Assembly (NCBI GenBank): GCA_964012805.1
Contig: CAXGUD010000007.1
Span: 88,931-120,930, forward strand
Direction of reading: 5' to 3'
Length of the DNA stretch: 32,000 nucleotides
Origin: an uncultured Bacteriovoracaceae bacterium
Lineage (GTDB): Bacteria > Bdellovibrionota > Bacteriovoracia > Bacteriovoracales > Bacteriovoracaceae
Positions 1 to 7,600 of this stretch are shown in pieces; positions within the stretch are counted from its first letter, which is position 1; every line of letters begins with the position of its first letter. Below the pieces are notes generated by a model. The model had not been told where the DNA came from, ran no database searches, and saw only the letters and a list, made by a program, of their open reading frames with translations. The position numbers and the translations under genes were made by a program.

Positions 1-2
1 TT

Positions 3-479
3 ACTCAAGCTCACTCTGCTAAATTAGAAAAAGGAACTTACGACGCAGCGTCTTACATTGCTTCTTTTAAAGTTTTGTTAAAAGATGTTGATGGGTTTGA
101 GGGGGCATTTCCTCTTCTTCTGAACTCTGCAGATAAGGTTATGGAAAAAGGAGATTTAAAAGAGTCTCTTGAGCTCCTTCAGTTAGGTGAGAGTCAATAC
201 TCAAGTAGTAATGCTTATAAGGCTTTCTTTGTTAGAATTCGACTGGCAGCTCTTTATGAAGATATGGGTAAGTTTAATGAGGCTTATGAAGTTCTTCAAA
301 ACCTGTTAAAGTCCCCTGTTAAGCTTTTAGAATCGAAAGTCTATCTTGATTTAGGAAGGGTTCATCTAAAAATGGGTGAAAAGGAAAAGGCCAAAACCAC
401 TTTTCAATATGTAATTGATAATGGAAAAAGTGGTGATGACGTCGTTAAAATGGCGAGGCTTTACATATCTAACATGTAG
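3..479 (+). CDS. Tetratricopeptide-repeat protein, C-terminal part (5' end outside the window; YfgM/TPR-like)
   Basis: The frame is open from the window edge (TQAHSAKLEKGTYDAASYIASFKVLLKDVDG...). TPR-like helical repeats are visible (AALYEDMGKFNEAYEVLQNLL, VYLDLGRVHLKMGEKEKAKTTFQYVI). It lies just upstream of a BamB-like gene. Confidence 0.75.
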   Translation, partial: TQAHSAKLEKGTYDAASYIASFKVLLKDVDGFEGAFPLLLNSADKVMEKGDLKESLELLQLGESQYSSSNAYKAFFVRIRLAALYEDMGKFNEAYEVLQNLLKSPVKLLESKVYLDLGRVHLKMGEKEKAKTTFQYVIDNGKSGDDVVKMARLYISNM

Positions 480-540
480 TTAAATGCACTAAAATAACTT
501 TAAAATTGCTGAAGCTTTTGACTTTCTAAAAAGGTTTTCC

Positions 541-1668
541 ATGAAAAAATTCTTGAATGAATTTATACCTTTTGTTGTTTTACTTGTGATGGTTTCTTGC
601 TCCTCTATAAAGAAGGTTATACCTATAAAGGGCACATCTTTAAAGAAGCCAGTTTTTACTGTTCTTTGGTCCAAAAATTATGATCCAGATTATAAAACAG
701 GCAATTTGCCTATTGCTCTTAATGGTCCAATTACCAGTGAAGGAATTGTTTATGCTGGACATAATGAAGGAGAGATGAGGGCCTACGATGTAGAAACAGG
801 TAAAAGTGCTTGGGTAGTAAAAGATGGTGGTCTTTCTCACTCTACACCAATAGTTTACAAGGATTTATTAATTTACGGTACGCTACAAGGCAGGCTTTTT
901 GCTAGAAACCGGATCACTGGAAGTTTGAAATATAGTGTAGAGTTAGGTTCTGGAGTAGAGACCCAAGGTGTGATTTATAAAGATAGGCTCTATGTTCATT
1001 TGAGAAATCACAAGATTTTTTGTCTTGATGCTCAAACTGGGGCCATTATATGGGCCTATAAAAGGTCTATGTCCTACAAAACAACTCTTCAAAGGGCTTC
1101 TCGGCCATTTATTTCTAAAGATAAGCTATATGTAGGCTTTGCAGACGGATATTTGGTATCATTTTCAGCTCAGGATGGATCACTTCTTTGGGAAACTAAA
1201 TTGGCAGAGGACGTAAAATTTCTTGATGTCGATACTGCACCGAGGTTATTTTTTGGGAAGATTTTTGCTGGAGTATCAGAAGGAGATATTTTTGTTTTAA
1301 ACCCAAAGAATGGAGAAGTGCTTAGCAAGTTGCCTTTTTCGTCTTTAAGGGATCTAAAATTAATTGAGGACAAAATCTTTATCGGAACCAAAAAAGGTAA
1401 CGTTGTCGTTTTAGATGAAAGTTTGAAAATGGTTAAAGAGTCCAGGACATTAGATGGAGCGATAACCGGATTGGCCGTTTGGAAAGACCGCTTTATAGTT
1501 GTAGGGACTATTAGGGGAACATTATACGCTTTAGATACGAAGAGCCTTGAAATCGTTGACCATTTGAACTTTGGTTACGCTGGAACGCCCCACTTCAATG
1601 AGGCGAGCATAGATGGCCCTTTTCTTAGTATCATTTCAAGTAGGAACAGACTCCATTTAATAAAGTAA
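541..1668 (+). CDS. PQQ-like beta-propeller lipoprotein, BamB-like
   Basis: Signal peptide with lipobox (VVLLVMVSC-SS). Repeated beta-propeller motifs: VYAGHNEGEMRAYDVETGKSAWVV, LFARNRITGSLKYS, IFCLDAQTGAIIWAY, VSFSAQDGSLLWETKL, LYALDTKSLEIV. Confidence 0.85.
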   Translation: MKKFLNEFIPFVVLLVMVSCSSIKKVIPIKGTSLKKPVFTVLWSKNYDPDYKTGNLPIALNGPITSEGIVYAGHNEGEMRAYDVETGKSAWVVKDGGLSHSTPIVYKDLLIYGTLQGRLFARNRITGSLKYSVELGSGVETQGVIYKDRLYVHLRNHKIFCLDAQTGAIIWAYKRSMSYKTTLQRASRPFISKDKLYVGFADGYLVSFSAQDGSLLWETKLAEDVKFLDVDTAPRLFFGKIFAGVSEGDIFVLNPKNGEVLSKLPFSSLRDLKLIEDKIFIGTKKGNVVVLDESLKMVKESRTLDGAITGLAVWKDRFIVVGTIRGTLYALDTKSLEIVDHLNFGYAGTPHFNEASIDGPFLSIISSRNRLHLIK

Positions 1669-1681
1669 TTAAATAACTGAC

Positions 1682-2563
1682 TTACCTTTTTTTCATATAA
1701 TTAAAATAATCCTGGGCCCATGGAGCTCTCATTCTGGTTAAAATTTGTTTTTTTAACTTGATTTCCTTTTTATTTAGAGAAGCAGGAGTTCGGCTTAGCT
1801 CTTTTTTTCTGAGGCTGGATAGAAGTGCCATATTTGAGAAGATTGTTGTTTTTAAAAGAATTGTAAGGTTTTTTCGAGATGGTTTAAATTCACTTTTTGA
1901 TTTTTGGATAGTCGTTAAAAGGTTTTGAAAGTTATAGTAGTTAGTGCTTTTTCCTAACTGACATAACTGTTCAATTTCTCTATAGGTTTTAAAAGCGTGG
2001 TAGGACAAAGCTTTCTTGATGGTTGAGGACCACATTTCTTTGTCCTGGTTTCTTATTATATCTATAACTTGTGGTTTTTTGCTTCCTTCTGTCATTGGTA
2101 GATAAAGTTCCGGTGAAGAAGATAAAAAATTAAGGTCCTCAAGGTGGTTCTTATTTAAAAACTTGTAGTTAAGTCTTTTTTTATCGTTTTTTTGAGAATA
2201 TCTAAACCCTTCTTTAAGAAGAGGTGTATGAAAATGAGGACAAGTGTTTATATTTGGTAAGGTCGCTGAAGAATAAGTTTTGAGTTTTTGATATTGTTTA
2301 AACAAATTCAAAAAATAGAGGTGTTTTGACGGTTTAAGTTTTTTCTTTTTTAATGGTTTTTTAGAAATAGAAGCAGGTCTTCGTGAAAAGCTTAATTGCT
2401 TGGGGAATGGAGGAGCAGATGGAATGAGATTAACCTTTTCTGTTTGTGGGTTAAACCTGTTCATTTTTGAACCAAAAGTCTCTGGCTGCTTATAAGAAGA
2501 ACTACATGATGAAATTAATAGGATTATCAAAATATTTACTAATGATATGATTGCCTTTTCCAA
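1682..2563 (-). CDS. Hypothetical lipoprotein
   Basis: 293 aa ORF with an N-terminal hydrophobic stretch and lipobox (ILLISSC-SSS). No family recognised. Confidence 0.6.
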   Translation of the reverse strand: MEKAIISLVNILIILLISSCSSSYKQPETFGSKMNRFNPQTEKVNLIPSAPPFPKQLSFSRRPASISKKPLKKKKLKPSKHLYFLNLFKQYQKLKTYSSATLPNINTCPHFHTPLLKEGFRYSQKNDKKRLNYKFLNKNHLEDLNFLSSSPELYLPMTEGSKKPQVIDIIRNQDKEMWSSTIKKALSYHAFKTYREIEQLCQLGKSTNYYNFQNLLTTIQKSKSEFKPSRKNLTILLKTTIFSNMALLSSLRKKELSRTPASLNKKEIKLKKQILTRMRAPWAQDYFNYMKKR

Positions 2564-2721
2564 AATAAGCTCCTGATTTCTTGAGTCCGCTTTAAAATCA
2601 ATTGCTTTATCGGATGTATAGTCTCAACTTTTAGAAGAAATAGTGAATGAATCTAGTCAATAAAAAAACTGTAAATCCTTTTTTATAAAAAATTAAAAAA
2701 GTATAAAAAGCTTTATAAATA

Positions 2722-3711
2722 TTAGGGTGTTAGCTTTAGTTCAAAGTCTAAAACTAAAGGGTAGTGATCTGATGGAAAGTGTCTCAAATCATTATCTTCT
2801 TTAGGAAACGGTAGAGGAACTCCTGTTTCAGGATTCTTGTAGTAATAGATACCTGAGTCGTTTTCTCGGACAAGCCCTTTGAGTTTTTCCGAAAGAAAAA
2901 TGTAGTCTAATTGAAGAGGTTTACTTTCGTTAGCTGAAGCCGGGTGTAAGAAAGTTGATCTTTGCTTTTCAGGTAAACCGATTATTTCCAGTATATCTCT
3001 AAGGTCAGTTTTTTCATAAATATACTGAAATTCGGGATCAGGCTTTGAGAGCTGAGCATTGCCATTAAAGTCACCAGCAACAAAAATGGGAACTTTATCA
3101 TTATATTTTTTCTTAAGGTTTAAATAAACATCTATTAGTACTTTTAGTTCAGCACTCCTCCTTTTTGATCCTTTTTCATCATGTCCATCAAAGTTTAATT
3201 GAGATTTTAGGTGAACGAAAAGTAATACTAAAGAAGGTATGTCATTTTTTCCTTTTGGAAAAACTCTTAATTCAGCAATATCTCTTGAAAACTTATGAGG
3301 TTGATACAAAGGCGGAAGATTAAGCTTTTTCTTCTTCTCATTTTCCTTTTTTTCAAATTCATAATTAAAGTTAATAGAGCGGTTTTTATGAGTATAGTGA
3401 CTGTAAGAAAAGGGCATTCCTTTTTTAATTAAAAAGCCAAGTTCAATCCCTCTTTCTGAGTTTCCTTGGATAAGTGTAGGTGAAAAATAATTATTGCAGA
3501 ATTTATTATTAAAATTGAAAAGAGATTCTTCTCCTCCAACCTCAGATATCATCAATATGTCTAAATCCATTTCTATGACAGCTTTTCCTAGGTCAATAAC
3601 TTTATAGAGAGGCTTATTTGGCTGAAATTTCTTTAGAACTGTTTTCTGTTGATACTCATTCGGGTCGTTTAAAAGAAACAAGTTTTGTGAATTTAATACC
3701 GCAATTCTCAA
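2722..3711 (-). CDS. Endonuclease/exonuclease/phosphatase (EEP) superfamily protein
   Basis: N-terminal RIAVLNSQNLF, LMISEVGGEES (catalytic Glu region), FVAGDFNGNAQ and C-terminal SDHYPLVLDFEL match EEP/DNase I-like motifs. No signal peptide is evident. Confidence 0.85.
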   Translation of the reverse strand: MRIAVLNSQNLFLLNDPNEYQQKTVLKKFQPNKPLYKVIDLGKAVIEMDLDILMISEVGGEESLFNFNNKFCNNYFSPTLIQGNSERGIELGFLIKKGMPFSYSHYTHKNRSINFNYEFEKKENEKKKKLNLPPLYQPHKFSRDIAELRVFPKGKNDIPSLVLLFVHLKSQLNFDGHDEKGSKRRSAELKVLIDVYLNLKKKYNDKVPIFVAGDFNGNAQLSKPDPEFQYIYEKTDLRDILEIIGLPEKQRSTFLHPASANESKPLQLDYIFLSEKLKGLVRENDSGIYYYKNPETGVPLPFPKEDNDLRHFPSDHYPLVLDFELKLTP

Positions 3712-3729
3712 GAAGAACTCTTTTTTTAT

Positions 3730-4542
3730 TCAATTACAACTATGTCCGAATATCATTGTTTTATAATTTTTGGAAGTTTTATCCCATATAGCTTGACAAA
3801 AATGTCCAAGATGAAGCGATTTTGCCGTAGTTTCTAATTTAAACTTATCTATTAGAACTTGAGGGCAAACTACATTTTCTGGAGAGTTCTTCCTAGGGAT
3901 TTTTTCATTTGAAAGAACCATTCTCCCATCATCTTTGATATTTAAACCAATATACACCCCTTCATATTCTAGTTGAAAATATAGATCATTTTGTTTGATG
4001 AAAAGAGGTGTATCATCTCTTGGGACAAAGAACTCCTTTATTGAAAGGTTTTTACTTGAAGGACTATTTTCTAATAGAAATGCTTTTTGTGGGATAAATT
4101 TATTATTTTGGTGAACAAATTTATTTTTTATGTTTTTAAGAAAAGTCTCTGCTATGTAAATTTTTTCCTCACCTTTCTTCGTATGATGAGAGCATGGAGA
4201 CCTCCAGCTAATAACAGATCTATCTCTAGCTCCTAATGGGCTGGCCCATATGGAAATTAGAATTCCAAACTTTCTTTTAAACTTTTTAAGTTTTTGAATT
4301 TTTTTATTAATTGGTAATTTATGATCATGAACAAGTTCAATCCATTTTTTTCTTAATAGTGCTGCTTTTTTTGTACAGTTAGAGTTAGTTGGGCACCCTT
4401 CTATTGGGTGGAAAAGCATATGTGGCTTAAATTTTTCTTCTTTAAGTCCTCGAGTTTTTTTTGCGTAGGAATTAAATGAAGCAGTTAACGAAAGTAGGCT
4501 TAAAATGATAAACGTTTTTAAATAAGAGTCATTAGATGCCAT
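3730..4542 (-). CDS. Hypothetical secreted protein
   Basis: 270 aa with an N-terminal signal-like segment (TFIILSLLSLTASFNSYAKK). Contains conserved-looking SWRSPCSHH and several Cys and His residues. No family recognised. Confidence 0.6.
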   Translation of the reverse strand: MASNDSYLKTFIILSLLSLTASFNSYAKKTRGLKEEKFKPHMLFHPIEGCPTNSNCTKKAALLRKKWIELVHDHKLPINKKIQKLKKFKRKFGILISIWASPLGARDRSVISWRSPCSHHTKKGEEKIYIAETFLKNIKNKFVHQNNKFIPQKAFLLENSPSSKNLSIKEFFVPRDDTPLFIKQNDLYFQLEYEGVYIGLNIKDDGRMVLSNEKIPRKNSPENVVCPQVLIDKFKLETTAKSLHLGHFCQAIWDKTSKNYKTMIFGHSCN

Positions 4543-4612
4543 ATAATTCTCATTTTATTGGATATAAAACTTGTTTTTTTTTACTGCTTTTAATTTTAGA
4601 ATAAAAAAAGAG

Positions 4613-7600
4613 TTATTGACAGTAAATGTGATGATTCCACCTAAAGCCTTGGAGGAACCTTGTTGTCCCGGTGTCATTTAAGGTATCGCTATCAAGCACT
4701 GAATCAATAATACTATATTTTCTTGATTGGTCAGGTGTTTGTTCCTGTTCAAAAAAACCGCTATTTGGTTCAGGGTAAAAATAACCAAAAGCAGCACCTC
4801 TTCTTATCTTTTTGTCATAGCAATACTCTCTCCCAAGAGCTTCAAGCTTATTAAAGGTTTCTCGATTTAATTTGGGTTCACCTGTTTCAGGAATATAGTT
4901 TGATTCAGAAAGTCCGCCTGCGGGTAATGTTTTGCCGTGTCCTTCTCCAGATACAAACCTATTGAAGTAGACGTTAAGATTTGTCCCTGGAGGAAGCTTA
5001 CAAACTTCTACGGTTTGTCCCACTTCATTTTTTTCACTCACTGTATAGTTACTACAACATGACTCTTTGGATGGAGCAGTTTCTCCCAGTTTCATGCAGC
5101 ATTTAAATTTATGAGGTGAAAATACTTTTCCAAGCATAACTTTATCTTGGAGAACAATATGACCATCTGGGTTTGAAATATCATTTGTTTGATCAAGTGC
5201 TGAGCCTGTTTCGTAATCGTAAATTTGTCCTAAAGATCGCCCACTTGAATAGTTTTTGGTTCTATCGTATTGGAAGGACGTACCAGATTTCTCAAATTGT
5301 GTCCTAGTGTGGGGTGATATACTAAATATATTTTCAACAAGTTGACTTCTATCTGTATTGCAATAAATAGGTTCATAAAAGATTTGAGGAATACCCATAA
5401 GCTCAAACCTTGAGAGTTTTGTAAGGTAATAAAGAGCATTTCCAGGGTTAAGTCTCGTATCGGACGTAGCTGTTGTTTTATAAGAAGGACCTGTATCGCT
5501 CGGGTCATATTTAAAAATCGTTGTCCCTATAGGGTTAAAATTAATTTCAACTCCAGCATAATTCCAAGGATCATTTTCATTAGGATCAGGGTTATCAGCA
5601 GATTGATCTGCCTTTATATGGAAAATTTGATAACCATTTGTAAGAGTCTCAATACACCAACGTTCGGGGTTTGAGAAGGCCCTTGGGTTGGTCTTATTCG
5701 GTGTGATGGTGGGGTCACAATATGCTGGGTCTTCAATTGCAGTTTCTGACCAAGTCGTTTGATCCGAGACATACTTTATTGAAACACTATTTATATTTGA
5801 TTTACCCCCAATATAGATGGGTAAATAAAAACTTACGGCATCGTGAAAGGATCTTGTTGCAAAATAATTATAAGGACCAGAAGATGCTATAGGTGTAGGG
5901 TTAGCGTAAGGGGTTGGCATGTAAGGAGATTCAAAAGACATCAATTGTTTAACTGGAGAACCAGTAACTGGAGTTTCTGTTGGTGTTGTATCCATTTTTG
6001 TATCGTCGTTTGTAGAATCTGTTGGGTAGGAAAGTTCATAACCAGCAACTGAAGGTATTGAAACCTGGATACAGCCTCCATACTCAGGAGATAAACATAA
6101 TTTTTCGACATCTTTATTGTAGTTTTTAGTACTAACAGCATCACTATCTAGGCATGAGGTGGATGAATTTGTTGAGCAATTATTTGTTGGAGGATAAAAG
6201 CTCACTGGCGACATATAGTTGAGGCAGCTAAAAGCGGCCACATCAAAATTAATGCGTGGGTTTTGGGTCCAATCGTTTGTATCATCTGCAAATTTTCTGA
6301 TCCATCCACCTCCACAACATGACCTTCTTGCGGTTTCGTGAATTGTTTTCCACTGAAATTGCTTGGGAGTATCAGGTGTTCCATCCGATTCTGTTCTAAG
6401 TATGGGAAGCTGACTGTATGGGTCAGGTGTGGCATCATTGACACTTGTGGCATCCACAAAATCTATAATACTAAATCTTGAGTAACGACCATCGGTAGAA
6501 GGCGAATTATGAGGAAGGGTGTCTGAGGAGAGGTCATCATTGCCAGTTCCCTGTTCAGGGATAAGATCTGGGTCGTTAACACCCTTTTTATACTGGGTAT
6601 ATATCGTGATGTCTTTCCCTACTTCTCTACAGCAACGATTCTTTGTCATATCATATTTTTCGTAATCGTAATCAGTCAGAGATGGCTGTTTTTGGGCCTG
6701 TCCACATACAAGAGATTCTTTCCAATAATCATGTTCGGCATCGGTGTTACCAAAGTAAGACTTGTCTAGTGTCAAAGCTTCTCTCTCGTGAAGAATATTA
6801 GGTGTACAGTCAAGGTCAGTATGGCAAATGGAACCTGCCCTTCTGAGGCAAGCACTTCCAACTAGTGTTTGTTCTTCTAAAAAGGCGAGCGAATCTATTC
6901 TTTTTGCTTCAATTCTTTCAAATGTAGACTTGTCATTATATATCGATTCACCACCACAAGAGTTTTGGTAGTGAAGTTCTTTTTGATATTCTGGAGTAAC
7001 TAAATTATTCGAGTTATCGCCTGTGATATCAGTTATATAGTTACCATAATTAATGCTTTTTATATCTCTTTCAAATAGAGGACAAGTAATAACTCTATTG
7101 GCGCCAGTTGATGTTTCATCACATGACGAAATTTGTGAAATATAATCTGTCCTTTTTTGGCTATCAGGATTTTGATGTTGATCAATTACTGGAGAAGTCG
7201 TTGTTGTTGTAATTATTTTTTTTCCTGGTCTGCATAGGCCGAAATCTGAAGTATCACTACTATATAATGATGCATGATGAATAATAGAAGATTTGGCAGA
7301 GTCGGGTAATATTGCCGTTGCACCTACATATTTTTCTGGTCTTCCTAAGGTATTGGCCTGCTGGCCGTATTGAATGGATGAATAAAGGTTAGGAACTCTC
7401 ATCACTTTATCATTAAAGACATTGTCACCATAGCTAGCACAGTAAAAATTAGGAGCACAGGTAAAAAGTTTTTGGTACTTCTTATCTAAATCATCTTTAA
7501 AGTTTCTTTTACAAAGAGAACCAGCTCCTCTATAAACACACCTTTTTGTTGTCGATCCAGAAGGAGGAAATTTTGAAAGAATTGTTGAAAAACTTGCTTT

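Noticed and set aside
489-840. Minus-strand ORFs 489-674 and 640-840 over the BamB-like gene
   Set aside because: Antisense to the lipoprotein signal and propeller coding sequence, with no RBS or motif support.
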